Assembly: GCA_046753765.1 (NCBI GenBank)
Contig: JBHHUN010000005.1
Span: 4,430 to 68,429 of the forward strand
Origin: Candidatus Dojkabacteria bacterium
GTDB lineage: Bacteria; Patescibacteriota; Dojkabacteria; B142; OLB20
Reading direction: 5' to 3'
Length of the DNA: 64,000 bases
Shown here: positions 28,401 to 37,898 of the stretch, piece after piece
Numbering within the stretch: the first letter of the stretch is position 1
Layout of the letters: every line of letters begins with the position of its first letter
Program-made: the position numbers and the translations under genes
The notes under the pieces: generated by a model
What the model was told of the DNA's origin: nothing
The model's database searches: none
Seen by the model: only the letters and a program-made list of their open reading frames with translations

Positions 28401-29294
28401 TTGGCGGGTCGTGCTGGTACTGATATCACTCAAGGTCTTCCCAGGGTAGAAGAACTGTTCGAGGCCAGAACACCGAAGGCAAAGGCGGTCATATCTGAGA
28501 TCGATGGTAAGGTCAAGTTTGGTAAAGACGAAAATGATAATGTAGTGACGATAAAGGTGTCTGATCACAAGAAGCTTCACAAGACTTTTAATCTACTAAA
28601 GGGCGATATAACGAATATCAAGCGTTCTAAAAAGGTTAAAAAGGGAGATCTGATCTACACCACTAAAAGTGGCGAGACTATCAAGGCAGAGATGGACGGA
28701 ATGGTCAAAAAGAAAGCGGATGAACTTACGTATACGGTGGACAAAGAGATAGAGGTTGAGTATGACCTTGATACACACGATATTCCGGCTATTGAGGATG
28801 GTGACAATGTTATCAAAGGAACTCAGTTAACCCTGGGATCGACTGATCCAAAGGATATTATGGAGTTTGTTGGTATCCAGGAGACCCAGCAGTACCTGAT
28901 TGATCAGATCCAGGAAACCTACGGAATACAGGGTATCGGGATCGATGATAAACACGTTGAAGTTGTAGTAAGACAGGTCTTCAGGTTCAGTAAGGTGATT
29001 GACGCAGGAGATACCGATCACCTCCCCGGAGATTATCTGGATCACATAAAACTAACCGACGAGAACGAACAACTAAAGGCAGCTGGGAAAACTCCAGCTC
29101 AGGCACAACGCCAGCTGCTTGGTATTACAACCAGCTCAATCAAAACAGAGAGTTTCCTCTCGGCAGCATCGTTCCAGGAACAGGTACGAGTACTTAGCGA
29201 CGCAGCACTGGTTGGAAAGGTAGATGAATTGAGAGGATTGAAGGAAAATGTTATAATCGGAAGAACTGTTCCCCTTAGTGCAGAAGTTAGATAA
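25440..29294 (+). CDS. rpoC: DNA-directed RNA polymerase subunit beta'
   Basis: N-terminal [23 protein letters not shown], zinc-finger cysteines, and the catalytic [16 protein letters not shown]. Confidence 0.95.
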   Translation: MIRDFKALKIAIASPQQVLSWSHGEVKKAETINYRTHRAEVDGLMDEKIFGPTKNFECYCGKYKKIRYKGIVCDKCGVEVTHKRVRRERLGHIKLASPVTHVWFAYGVPNKLSLILGVPQKKLETVIYFARYLVTDIDDDKKKEVSTGIKEKREGEIKEIKAELKAKLKDLKKDFKERTAKLKKETKDKKKLDFKLNKLTGDEKKEIAKLKSIYSKKEEGSKSKYNEILGLVDNMEMGTTLSEDDFGTLMEYEADFFIAGMGAEAIKKVLATIDPEAEIKKLKEAKEKTKSVLKHRKITQKLRVFEGMIKSGLDPTWVVMEILPVIPPDLRPIIQLPGGRFATSDLNDLYRRVINRNNRLKRLIDLGAPEIILRNEKRMLQEAVDALIDNDHRPGNAVQNTRGQPYKSLSDMLRGKQGRFRQNLLGKRVDYSGRSVIVAGPELKINQCGLPKTMALELFKPFVMREIIMKGLAPNVKSAKHFFESKSAEVWDILEYVIQDRPVLLNRAPTLHKQGIQAFFPVLTEGDAIKLHPMVCTGFNADFDGDQMAVHVPLSDKAVEEAKEKMFPQSNLLLMADGSPVVNVAKDMALGIYYMTGIEEPEDGKVKYFASVDDVLGRYELNDVKLRQRVRVLVKDELRETTVGRIIFNSLAPDSFRYINEEVNKKDMSRIAAEILETYGHEATTRFLDEVEEVGFRYATQSGTTVGMEDFVISDEKDTLLEEVETKDDQLTVDYYSGLLTADEKKRLSEQMWMELIEKVAEVTWENYTKDKNNNLVTLQESGAVSVQNPLRQISGIRGLILDPLGNVVELPLRSNYKEGLSTLEYFVAARGTRKGLADTALKTAESGYLTRRLVDVAQDVITKEMDCGTDEGVTLVKAKDRRIDWVNRITGRFTAADAVDEKTGEVIAKANTEITPELARKIDEADIPQLQVRSVLVCQTRNGVCQMCYGYNLGTKVLVEPGIAVGVIAAQSMGEAATQLTLNTKHLAGRAGTDITQGLPRVEELFEARTPKAKAVISEIDGKVKFGKDENDNVVTIKVSDHKKLHKTFNLLKGDITNIKRSKKVKKGDLIYTTKSGETIKAEMDGMVKKKADELTYTVDKEIEVEYDLDTHDIPAIEDGDNVIKGTQLTLGSTDPKDIMEFVGIQETQQYLIDQIQETYGIQGIGIDDKHVEVVVRQVFRFSKVIDAGDTDHLPGDYLDHIKLTDENEQLKAAGKTPAQAQRQLLGITTSSIKTESFLSAASFQEQVRVLSDAALVGKVDELRGLKENVIIGRTVPLSAEVR

Positions 29295-29317
29295 GCCAGA
29301 AGCTCACAAAATAAATA

Positions 29318-29764
29318 ATGGCAAGAATATCACAGCTTGTCCGTAAGGGCAGGAAAGCAAAAAGAGGTACTGTAAAATTTAAAGGATTGGAGTTTAGTAA
29401 GACTGCCAAATACAAGGCGCTCCAGTTTAATTACAACAGTATCAAGAATAAGTTCACAAAAAGGCACAACCCGTTTAAGCGCGGTGTATGTTTGGCTGTG
29501 TTTACAAGAACGCCCCGTAAGCCTAACTCGGCTCTACGTAAGGTTGCTAAAGTGAGACTATCAAATAAACAGGAGGTAACAGCGTACATTCCGGGCGAAG
29601 GGCATAACCTGCAAGAGCACTCAGTTGTGTTGCTTAAGGCGGGAAGAAAACCCGATTTACCAGGTGTAAGGTACCAGATTATTCGCGGTGTCTATGACAC
29701 TGCCGGTGTAGACGGACGCAGACAGGGAAGATCAAGATACGGAACAAAAAAACCAAAGAAATAG
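29318..29764 (+). CDS. rpsL: 30S ribosomal protein S12 with ~24-aa insertion after the N-terminal LVRKGR motif
   Basis: QLVRKGRK ... [66 protein letters not shown]; 148 aa against the typical ~124. Confidence 0.9.
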   Translation: MARISQLVRKGRKAKRGTVKFKGLEFSKTAKYKALQFNYNSIKNKFTKRHNPFKRGVCLAVFTRTPRKPNSALRKVAKVRLSNKQEVTAYIPGEGHNLQEHSVVLLKAGRKPDLPGVRYQIIRGVYDTAGVDGRRQGRSRYGTKKPKK

Positions 29765-29847
29765 TTAGACACTCAGCATAAGGTGCTGAGAGTATTCCTT
29801 CAAGGCAAGCTGTTTTGGAGTTGGAGAAGAGTCTATCAATGTGAATA

Positions 29848-29873
29848 CCACCTTGATAGAGGTGGTTTTTTTT
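29848..29873 (+). terminator. Intrinsic terminator/attenuator-like hairpin between rpsL and rpsG
   Basis: ccacc-ttgataga-ggtgg followed by eight T residues (29866-29873), within a 150-bp rpsL-rpsG spacer. Confidence 0.4.
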
Positions 29874-29915
29874 ATTAAAAATTGCATTATCTAACTTAAA
29901 GACTTTTAAGAGATC

Positions 29916-30386
29916 ATGAGAGGAAAACAGGCCAAAAAAAGAAAGCTAGAGACCGATGCAGTTTACAACAGCATCCTGGTCACTAAGTTTATCAACTACA
30001 TTATGCAAGACGGCAAAAAGTCCGTTGCCCGCAAGCATGTATATGGTGCGCTCGATAAACTGGCAGTGGCAACTAAGATGGATGCCCTTGAGGCTCTAAA
30101 AAAGGCTATAAACAACATTAAGCCAAAGATGGAGGTCCGCTCAAGGCGACTTGGTGGAGCCAATTATCAGGTTCCTATTCCAGTGGAGGAGGACAGGCAG
30201 CTTGCGCTCGCATTTAGATGGATTATTGCTGTCTGCCGTGACAATAGAGGGAGTTTGACCTTTACAGATCGATTAACAACGGAGCTGATCGCTGCATTCA
30301 AGAAAGAGGGTGACGCATACAAGAAGCGTGAAGATACACACAAGATGGCAGATGCTAACAAGGCATTTAGTCATTTGAACTGGTAG
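29916..30386 (+). CDS. rpsG: 30S ribosomal protein S7
   Basis: 156 aa; NYQVPIPVEEDRQLALAFRWIIAVCRDNRG and overall S7 pattern. Confidence 0.9.
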   Translation: MRGKQAKKRKLETDAVYNSILVTKFINYIMQDGKKSVARKHVYGALDKLAVATKMDALEALKKAINNIKPKMEVRSRRLGGANYQVPIPVEEDRQLALAFRWIIAVCRDNRGSLTFTDRLTTELIAAFKKEGDAYKKREDTHKMADANKAFSHLNW

Positions 30387-30503
30387 ATTAAATGGGAGAC
30401 AAAGAAGTGAAAATGGGTGTTTACGAGCACTACAAGGGCAAGAAGGTTCTCCGGTTTAAGTTTATTGGTGGTAATTAGACGCAAGGGGGTGTATATTTAT
30501 AAT

Positions 30504-30528
30504 AGAGGCGAGAGCCTCTTTTTGTTTG
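30504..30528 (+). terminator. Rho-independent terminator downstream of rpsG
   Basis: agaggc-gaga-gcctct hairpin followed by tttttgtttg. No fusA/tuf follows. Confidence 0.5.
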
Positions 30529-30687
30529 AATCCTATTTGCTTTAGATGGTTATCCACAAATGATACATATCGCATCTAAGCGTGAAACGGTGACTAGTTG
30601 CGGGTTCTGCCAACAATGTTACGTTTCTTTCTGGCGTTGGCTTCATAAACAAGGTACAGAGTGTATTTTATTAGCAGATAAGTGGTA

Positions 30688-31050
30688 TTAACCTTTAGCA
30701 AACAAATCAGCCCCCTCAGCAACCTTCCTAAACTCCCCCGCAACATCAGCTGTCTCAGCCTTTAGAAGCGCAGGAAACGTAATAACCACTGCCTCAAAAT
30801 CCCGCTTTAGCTCGGGAAGCATCTCCCGAACAATGCCTCTCATAACTCGCTTAGCGCGGTTTCTTTCAACAGCTTTCCCCACCTTTTTACTGGCAACAAA
30901 TCCAAATCTTGGAAGAGGTTTTGCTCTATCTACAAGACCTGCGCCCCGGAGGATGTATAAAAGAAAGTAGGGGGTATAGTGTTTTCTACCCTTGCGGTAG
31001 ATCTGGTCGTATTGCTTGGTATTGCGGATGCGGTTTGCTTTTGGAAGCAT
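30688..31050 (-). CDS. rnpA: RNase P protein component
   Basis: 120-aa basic protein with the RnpA pattern (KANRIRNTKQYDQIYRKG ... RNRAKRVMRGIVRE), immediately downstream of rpmH. Confidence 0.8.
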   Translation of the reverse strand: MLPKANRIRNTKQYDQIYRKGRKHYTPYFLLYILRGAGLVDRAKPLPRFGFVASKKVGKAVERNRAKRVMRGIVREMLPELKRDFEAVVITFPALLKAETADVAGEFRKVAEGADLFAKG

Positions 31051-31236
31051 TTATCTACGGCGCTTCAGGCGCTTGTTTTTATCTGTTCGAACTTCATCAG
31101 AAACAGTTAAATTGGCGCGTTTTTTATTACGACGTGACTTGATAACTCTGCGTCCACCAACAGTTTTCATGCGAGCCCTGAAGCCAAGGCTTTTTATTCT
31201 CTTTCGCTTTTTTGGTTGATATGTTCTTTTTGGCAT
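31051..31236 (-). CDS. rpmH: 50S ribosomal protein L34 with ~17-aa basic C-terminal extension
   Basis: [45 protein letters not shown] matches L34. The ORF continues as [16 protein letters not shown] before the stop, which abuts the rnpA start. Confidence 0.8.
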   Translation of the reverse strand: MPKRTYQPKKRKRIKSLGFRARMKTVGGRRVIKSRRNKKRANLTVSDEVRTDKNKRLKRRR

Positions 31237-31337
31237 AAGCGGGTTAATTTTACCATAAATACCTCCGTTATTGAGCTTTGAGGGCACTAAAAACCAATTG
31301 TATATAAATAGCCGGAAATATCTGTTAAAATCAGCCT

Positions 31338-32384
31338 ATGAGAATAGATGAGGTGATCTTAAAAGAAGGATATTTTCTGGCACTTGTGTTAGCACTTATG
31401 GTTGCGGTTGTTCTCGTCTTCGCACCATTTTTAAGCGTTATAATTGCAGCGTTTATTCTTGTTGAAGCCTTTTACCCCGTTTACAGCAGGCTCGCCGGAA
31501 GGATTAATCCGTGGTTCGCTTCTATCATCACAACTATACTCGCGCTTATTACTGTGGTCTTCCCTCTTATAATTATTTTGATCCTGGCCTCAGCGGAGGC
31601 GATAGCATTTGTTGGCAAAGTGGAAATCATTCTAACAGAAAGCGGCCTTGTAAATAACGGCATTATTGACCTGAGTCGATTTTCTGATGTTCTGAAAGCG
31701 ATTAATGTAGATGCAGCAGAAATAAATATCGCTGATCTGATACTTCAGGCAACGCAACTAATAGGACAATTTGTAACTGACATTGTTGGCAAGTTTTTTA
31801 GTGAGGTCATGAATGTCCTCTTTAAAGGATTCCTGATGATCTTCACTATGATTTACCTGTTTGTAGATCATGGCAAGATTGGTGAAAATATCCGTAAAAT
31901 CAGCCCCCTCCAGGATAATCTAGAGAAAACCTTCGCAGAGAAATTCAGGGCAACGACGAAGGCCGTTTTGGTTGGAACGTTTGTAATTGCACTTCTGCAG
32001 TCAACTGCGGTATTGATACCGATGTTCTTCATGAGGCTTGAGCCGTTGGTGCTGTGGTGGATTTTAATGTTTGTTCTATCAATTATCCCCGTTGGTTCTG
32101 GGCTTGTGTGGTTTCCCCTCGGAATCCTGCTTATCCTTTCGGGCAGAACGGTTGAAGGAATATTCTTGATCATCTATTCAGCTGTCATAATTAATGTCAT
32201 TGATACCTCTTTCAGGCCAAGATTGATCAAGAAGGGCACAAATCTGCATCCGATAGTCGCGCTGTTTAGTGTTCTTGGTGGACTCAACATGTTTGGTGTG
32301 ATAGGAATACTGTACGGTCCATTAATAGCAGTGTTCTTCATTACAGTTATGGAGATCTATCGTAAAAGATACAGGACTAACTAA
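31338..32384 (+). CDS. AI-2E family (UPF0118/PerM) transporter
   Basis: 348 aa with about 8 TM helices and the C-terminal GLNMFGVIGILYGPLIAVFFITV pattern typical of AI-2E. Confidence 0.7.
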   Translation: MRIDEVILKEGYFLALVLALMVAVVLVFAPFLSVIIAAFILVEAFYPVYSRLAGRINPWFASIITTILALITVVFPLIIILILASAEAIAFVGKVEIILTESGLVNNGIIDLSRFSDVLKAINVDAAEINIADLILQATQLIGQFVTDIVGKFFSEVMNVLFKGFLMIFTMIYLFVDHGKIGENIRKISPLQDNLEKTFAEKFRATTKAVLVGTFVIALLQSTAVLIPMFFMRLEPLVLWWILMFVLSIIPVGSGLVWFPLGILLILSGRTVEGIFLIIYSAVIINVIDTSFRPRLIKKGTNLHPIVALFSVLGGLNMFGVIGILYGPLIAVFFITVMEIYRKRYRTN

Positions 32385-32389
32385 CTTCT

Positions 32390-32668
32390 ATGCGTGTTCC
32401 GAAACTTCCAAGACCGACGAAAGACCATCTGGCCATGCTGATCGTAAGTACCATTGTTGTTGTAATCAGTATTGCGTACCTTGTGTTAATTGGTATACCA
32501 ATGACTCAGGCCAGAAATGAATACAATCGCGGGTACCGCCTTTATGAAAATGGCAGGTTGGAGCAGTCACGGGAGGTATTGAAGTACTCACTAGAAATCT
32601 GGTACTCAGATGAGGCTGAGGAGCTCCTCGAAACTGTATCTGATCGGCTGGGGATAGACTCTAACTAG
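32390..32668 (+). CDS. Small single-TM protein, unknown function
   Basis: 92-aa ORF with one TM helix. Confidence 0.35.
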   Translation: MRVPKLPRPTKDHLAMLIVSTIVVVISIAYLVLIGIPMTQARNEYNRGYRLYENGRLEQSREVLKYSLEIWYSDEAEELLETVSDRLGIDSN

Positions 32669-33969
32669 TACTCGTCAGAGTAAAAAGAGGGATCACGCAG
32701 AACATTCTCGAGTCCCTTTGGATGCAGTGTATTCAACCTTTTTTGCCAAAACCGTGTGATAATCTTCCAGAATAAGTAGATCGACCCAAGAATAAGACCG
32801 ACAATGGCGGCAATTGCCACAAGTGACCTTGGGTAGGCGTTGGATTCGTCAGTGAGCGCTGTTGAGGCTGCATCGGTAGTATCTCCCGGAACGAAGATTG
32901 CAAGCTCATCAGTGTACTGGGATTGCTCATTTTCTCTGAAAGCCCGCACAGTGTAGAAGTATGTATGCTCACCCTCAACAGTGAAATCTGTATGATCCGT
33001 ATCGGAGCGTCCGGTGCGCTGGATCTCCTGGTAGTTTCCTCCAGAATCTTTGCTACGGAGAATGATGTATCCATCAATGTCGTCTGTTTTACTCTTGCTC
33101 CACTTCACAGTCACCTGCCGCGAGCTCTCCTGGGCGCTCACCTCAAGGTTCAAGATCCTTGGTGGTGAAATAACGTCTGGCGGGACTGTGGCAAGCTCTG
33201 CACCCAAAACCTGATCTTTGCTTATCGATGTAATGAAAGTTGTATCTTGAGAGATAGTAAGATTTCCTGACTGGTCTTCAAGTTGAAGTTGGAGATGATA
33301 CGTTATACCCGGGGACAGGCCACTTATCGCAATGTCATCCTTCCTCTTAAATCTCCCACTTTTTTGTGTAAAAGTGGAGTATTCCGAGGTCTTCCCAAAT
33401 CTGACCATACCCTTAACTTTTTCGTTACTTTCCCAGGATACAAGCGCAGAGTCAGTGCTAATGAAGCCAACCTCAAGCTCTTCTATCTCAGGGGCGTCCG
33501 TATCGGGGATCTCATAGGTCACAGTAATCTCAACATCAGAAAACGTAACAATATCATTATCGCCGATGTTTGTTCCCTGGAAGATAATCCCTTCATTTTC
33601 TTCTCCCTCCTCCAAATTTGACCATTCCCTTACAAGTGTCTCAAGTCCACTCAGCTTTTTGTTTCCCTCAAGCAGTAGCGATTTGGAGTCAAGTATATTT
33701 GAATCCGCCTTGTTGATGATTGTAACAACGCCGTTACTTGAACCCGACTGTTTGAAGTTGAGCACAGCAGTAGATAGAATTGCCTCCTCCGGCAGAGAGG
33801 ATGTGTTGAATACAATTTCGAACAGATCAATATCGCCATGAAATGCACCTTCTAAGCTGGCAGTTTCGGGTTGGGAGGGTAGCTTTATTTGTCGGTCTAA
33901 CGCCAAAACCGGACCGTGGAGAGCCAATACAAGAACGGCTAGGGTTATTATGATTTTAAGTCGCTTCAC
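32665..33969 (-). CDS. Exported protein with two fibronectin-III-like domains and C-terminal TM anchor
   Basis: Signal peptide and a C-terminal TM helix. Two FN3-like stretches (e.g. DAPEIEELEVGFISTDSALVSWES ... ITYHLQLQ; PPRILNLEVSAQESSRQVTVKWS ... YFYTVRAF). Confidence 0.5.
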   Translation of the reverse strand: MKRLKIIITLAVLVLALHGPVLALDRQIKLPSQPETASLEGAFHGDIDLFEIVFNTSSLPEEAILSTAVLNFKQSGSSNGVVTIINKADSNILDSKSLLLEGNKKLSGLETLVREWSNLEEGEENEGIIFQGTNIGDNDIVTFSDVEITVTYEIPDTDAPEIEELEVGFISTDSALVSWESNEKVKGMVRFGKTSEYSTFTQKSGRFKRKDDIAISGLSPGITYHLQLQLEDQSGNLTISQDTTFITSISKDQVLGAELATVPPDVISPPRILNLEVSAQESSRQVTVKWSKSKTDDIDGYIILRSKDSGGNYQEIQRTGRSDTDHTDFTVEGEHTYFYTVRAFRENEQSQYTDELAIFVPGDTTDAASTALTDESNAYPRSLVAIAAIVGLILGSIYLFWKIITRFWQKRLNTLHPKGLENVLRDPSFYSDEY

Positions 33970-34526
33970 TTAGATTTAGCTTCAGTGTTGATAATCTCTT
34001 TGTCTGTAATAATAAAATCAACACTTTCATCGTGCTCATCTGCGGGGATCTCATCGAGTAGCTGGTCAGAGAAGGCAAATCCAATACGAATCACATCTCT
34101 GGGAAGCTTCTTTAAGAAGTTGTCGTACCACCCAACGCCCTGTCCAAGTCGGTTTCCGGACCGATCGAAGCCAACTCCGGGCAATATTACTACATCTACT
34201 TCTCCGTACTGTGCTGCAGTACACGGCTTCTTGGGCTCACCGATACCAAGGTGGCCGGTCTCGATATCTTCCATTGACGTTACGCATCCCATCTCCCCTT
34301 TGTCGATATACGGAAGAAATACTTTTTTGCCATCAGCCAGTGACTTTTTCAGAAGCTCAGTAGTACTCACTTCAATATCTGTACTCCAGTATAGAAGCAC
34401 GCCATCAGCCTCTTTGTAAAACATCGATTCAAGAAAGTTCCTTGTGATAGTTGCAGATTTTTTATCTTTGTCTGTAATCTGCCTGCGAATTTTTCTAAGC
34501 TCTGAACGGACCTTGTTCTTATCCAT
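33966..34526 (-). CDS. 5-formyltetrahydrofolate cyclo-ligase family protein
   Basis: 186 aa; VVILPGVGFDRSGNRLGQGVGWYDNFL matches the 5-FCL pattern. Confidence 0.75.
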   Translation of the reverse strand: MDKNKVRSELRKIRRQITDKDKKSATITRNFLESMFYKEADGVLLYWSTDIEVSTTELLKKSLADGKKVFLPYIDKGEMGCVTSMEDIETGHLGIGEPKKPCTAAQYGEVDVVILPGVGFDRSGNRLGQGVGWYDNFLKKLPRDVIRIGFAFSDQLLDEIPADEHDESVDFIITDKEIINTEAKSK

Positions 34527-34545
34527 ATTACGGGGCTAAACTGCT

Positions 34546-35646
34546 CTATTTTAAATAATCTCGCAGTGCTTGTGCAATCTCATCGCTCTTTAATCTTTTA
34601 AGGGCTTTAGCCTCAATTTGTCGGATACGCTCACGTGTTACTTTAAACTCGTGGCCAACCTCTTCGAGTGTTCTTGAAACTCCATCCTTCAAGCCAAATC
34701 GCAGTTCTAACACCTTCCGTTCCCTATCTGTCAGGCCGCTGAGGATCTCGTTAATTTGCTTTTTAAGTGAAGCCCACGTAGCTATCTCTGATGGTGAAGC
34801 TGAGAATTCATCGGGGATGATATCTCCGAGCTTACTGTCTTTTTCCTCGCCGATTGGTGCCTCAAGCGAGGCGGGCCTTTGCGCGATACGAATTATCTCA
34901 TTTACCTTTTCTATATCCATTTCCATCTCTTCGGCGATCTCTTTGATCTTTGGACGCCGTCCGAGTTTTGCCGCCAGCTGACTGGAGATTTTTGAGAGTT
35001 TATTAATGGTTTCTATCATGTGTACCGGAACCCTGATGGTTCTGGCCTGGTCTGCTATGGCCCTTGTAATTGCTTGTCTGATCCACCAAGTGGCATATGT
35101 AGAGAATTTAAAGCCTTTACGGTACTCAAATTTCTCAACCGCGCGCATGAGACCGATATTTCCCTCCTGTATCAGATCAAGCAGATCAAGCCCTCGCTTG
35201 GCGTACTTTTTTGCAATTGAAACAACAAGCCTCAAGTTTGCGGTAGTCAGCAGCTCGCGTGCCTCCTGGCTACCAGCCTCAATTTTTTTTGCAAGAATAA
35301 CCTCTTCCTGTGCATTCAGAAGTGGGATTCGACCAATTTCGTGAAGATATGCCCGGATCGGATCAGTGGATATGTGTGCCCTTATCTTTTTAAGTATCTT
35401 GATCTTTTGGTCAAATGTCATCCCTTTTTCTGAGGGAGTAACCACTTCCTCATATTCGTCAGTCTCAGGTTCGATGATCTCAATATCCTCCTCTTGCAAT
35501 GTATTGATTATGAATTCAAGCAGATTCATATCCTCTTCGATCTGAGGGAATTTTTCGATTACCTGATCCTGAGTGAGATATCCCTGATCTTTGCCGATAT
35601 CCACTAAAGCTACTACAAGCTTTTTCTTTTTTTGACTGATCGCCAT
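34546..35646 (-). CDS. rpoD: RNA polymerase sigma-70 factor (primary sigma-like)
   Basis: Region 2 [51 protein letters not shown], plus regions 3 and 4. Confidence 0.9.
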   Translation of the reverse strand: MAISQKKKKLVVALVDIGKDQGYLTQDQVIEKFPQIEEDMNLLEFIINTLQEEDIEIIEPETDEYEEVVTPSEKGMTFDQKIKILKKIRAHISTDPIRAYLHEIGRIPLLNAQEEVILAKKIEAGSQEARELLTTANLRLVVSIAKKYAKRGLDLLDLIQEGNIGLMRAVEKFEYRKGFKFSTYATWWIRQAITRAIADQARTIRVPVHMIETINKLSKISSQLAAKLGRRPKIKEIAEEMEMDIEKVNEIIRIAQRPASLEAPIGEEKDSKLGDIIPDEFSASPSEIATWASLKKQINEILSGLTDRERKVLELRFGLKDGVSRTLEEVGHEFKVTRERIRQIEAKALKRLKSDEIAQALRDYLK

Positions 35647-35772
35647 GGAATAGAGTTGTTATGTCTACTTATCTTAACGTAGAGATGCTCATTTTATCAT
35701 AGTTGAAGGTGCTTTTGCCTTGTTTAACTGAAAAAAAGGATGTTAGTATAGTTGTAGTAGTTGCTGCATTGA

Positions 35773-36651
35773 ATGCCGATTTACACATATAAAAAAGCAC
35801 CAGTAAAGTACCGAAAGCCCCGACCAGTAGGGGAAGAGCCCGGAGAGGAGGTAGTAATTGAGCTTAAAGAAGACAGGCCTCCACTCACAGTTTGGGATAT
35901 TCTGGCCGGATTGTTCCACGATATTAACCGACTCATAATCAAATCCAGGGTTGCGGGGCTACTTGTTCCTTTAATACTGATAGTCATTGGTGGCAACATC
36001 ATTTACCGTGAAGTGTGGCCAGAGATTGAGCAACAGGTTAAACTTGCGCTTGGCTACTACGATGTAACTACGGTTGCTCTTGTTGCTGGTGACTACGTTG
36101 AACGTGCCAGGTTTTTATCGAATCCAGGCTCACAATATTTTGCCGAGCTTAACGAAGACGCTGATGCTGCTTCGATCCTGCAAAAAGACCCGGTGAGTAA
36201 CAAGTACAATAAGCGCTTTTCGCTCTCGATCCCGTCTTTGAATCTAGATACTCTACCTGTACAGGCCAACGTTGACAGCGGCGTCAAGGATGCTTACGAC
36301 AGTGTTCTTACGTCAGGGCTTGCGCATTTTAAGGGGACGGGACTTCCGATTTCAGATGTAAATAACAATATCGTTATTTATGGCCACAGCTCTTCAGGAG
36401 ATTACTTCGAGCGGACAGGTGATGTCGCTGGTGCTTTTTCCAGACTTAATAAGATCAAGATAGGGGAGGAGATAGAGATCGAGATCGAGGGGAAGAAATT
36501 CAAATACAGAGTGTTCAAAAGTAAGATTGTTGCCCCCGAAGATATCTCGATTGTGACCGGTACTTACAACAAACGCACGCTAACGTTGTTTACATGTTTT
36601 CCAAATGGGAATAACGCCAACAGATTTGTGACCATCGCGAGACCTGTTTAG
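35773..36651 (+). CDS. Sortase-family transpeptidase, membrane-anchored
   Basis: Catalytic triad contexts IVIYGHSS (His), LTLFTCFP (the TLxTC Cys) and RFVTIARP (Arg); N-terminal TM helix. Confidence 0.8.
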   Translation: MPIYTYKKAPVKYRKPRPVGEEPGEEVVIELKEDRPPLTVWDILAGLFHDINRLIIKSRVAGLLVPLILIVIGGNIIYREVWPEIEQQVKLALGYYDVTTVALVAGDYVERARFLSNPGSQYFAELNEDADAASILQKDPVSNKYNKRFSLSIPSLNLDTLPVQANVDSGVKDAYDSVLTSGLAHFKGTGLPISDVNNNIVIYGHSSSGDYFERTGDVAGAFSRLNKIKIGEEIEIEIEGKKFKYRVFKSKIVAPEDISIVTGTYNKRTLTLFTCFPNGNNANRFVTIARPV

Positions 36652-37793
36652 TACTCCTTCTTTCGTCTCAGAAAAGAAGGAGTTTCTAGGTCATCCTCAT
36701 CTCCACTATCATCGTCCTCAAGAACTGCTTTTGAAGTGGGTTTAGCTGGTTTCGGTTTTGCAGTAGGAGCGACAGGGTGGTCATCTTCATCGTCGTCTGA
36801 GATCCTGGGTCTACTGGGAACATAAGGGATCCCCTTGCTGCTTGTTTCAAAGCCTGTGCCTAGTACGGTAATTTGGATTTCGTCCTGCAGTTCAGAGTCG
36901 ATTGTTGCACCAAATATTATGTTTGCGTCAGGGTGAACTGCATCTGAAATCAACTTGGCTGCTTCGTCGACCTCGTACATCGCAAGATCTTTTCCGCCAA
37001 TTACGTTAAACAGCACACCAGTGGCACCATCGATATTCATTTCGAGCAGAGGTGAGTCCATGGCCATCTTTGTCGCCACCTCGGCCCGGTCGTCACCACT
37101 GGCTGTCCCCATGCCCATGAGGGCGGTGCCCGCATTTAGCATGATTGAACGTACGTCAGCGAAATCTACATTAATCAAGCCTGCCTGAGTGATCAGTTGA
37201 GAGATACTTTTTACGGCCTGTGCCAATACATCATCAACCTTCTTCATCGCCTCAAGGAAAGAGATATTTCTTTCGATTACATCGAGCAGCCTTTGGTTAG
37301 GGACAACAATAAGTGTATCTACCTTATCTTTAATCTCACCTATGCCTTCAACGGCGACTGCCATCCGCTTTTTCCCCTCAAAGTTGAACGGTTTTTCAAT
37401 TATTCCGACGGTTAGTGCTCCGAGGTTTTTTGCAATACCTGCAATAACAGGAGCAGCACCAGTACCTGTTCCGCCGCCCATGCCACCTGTAATGAAAATC
37501 ATGTCTGCACCCGCAAGGTGTTCGTGCAGAAGGTCAACGCTTTCTTCGGCTGCTTTGCGCCCAATCTGTGGGTTACCACCACTGCCGAGCCCCCTGGTGA
37601 TCTCTTCGCCTATTTGAAGTTTTGTCTCGGCACTGTTGGTATTTAAAGCTTGAGAATCAGTATTAACGGCAACAAATTCAACACCATCTATCTCATAGTT
37701 ATGAATCATGTTGTTAATAGCATTTCCTCCGGCACCACCCACACCGATGACTTTGATATTGGCCATATTCGAGGACTGTGGTTTTACAAGCAT
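36648..37793 (-). CDS. ftsZ: Cell division GTPase FtsZ
   Basis: IKVIGVGGAGGNAINNMI and the tubulin signature GGGTGTGAAPVIA. Confidence 0.95.
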   Translation of the reverse strand: MLVKPQSSNMANIKVIGVGGAGGNAINNMIHNYEIDGVEFVAVNTDSQALNTNSAETKLQIGEEITRGLGSGGNPQIGRKAAEESVDLLHEHLAGADMIFITGGMGGGTGTGAAPVIAGIAKNLGALTVGIIEKPFNFEGKKRMAVAVEGIGEIKDKVDTLIVVPNQRLLDVIERNISFLEAMKKVDDVLAQAVKSISQLITQAGLINVDFADVRSIMLNAGTALMGMGTASGDDRAEVATKMAMDSPLLEMNIDGATGVLFNVIGGKDLAMYEVDEAAKLISDAVHPDANIIFGATIDSELQDEIQITVLGTGFETSSKGIPYVPSRPRISDDDEDDHPVAPTAKPKPAKPTSKAVLEDDDSGDEDDLETPSFLRRKKEY

Positions 37794-37898
37794 TGCAAAT
37801 TATAAATAATAACTCGTGATTTAGACTAGACGGAAAAACAGTTAAACAGTGGGTTTAGGCATAATCCAGTCTAAAAGATAAACCCTATTTGTGCAAGT

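Noticed and set aside
30553-30561. Perfect DnaA-box consensus TTATCCACA near rpmH-rnpA, a locus often adjacent to oriC
   Set aside because: Only a single box is present, with no cluster, no adjacent dnaA/dnaN and no AT-rich unwinding element. A lone 9-mer is expected by chance about once in a 64-kb window.
37197-37617. Plus-strand ORFs inside ftsZ (37197-37415, 37342-37617)
   Set aside because: Antisense to the highly conserved FtsZ coding region; the Ala/Pro-rich composition is typical of mirror-frame artefacts.
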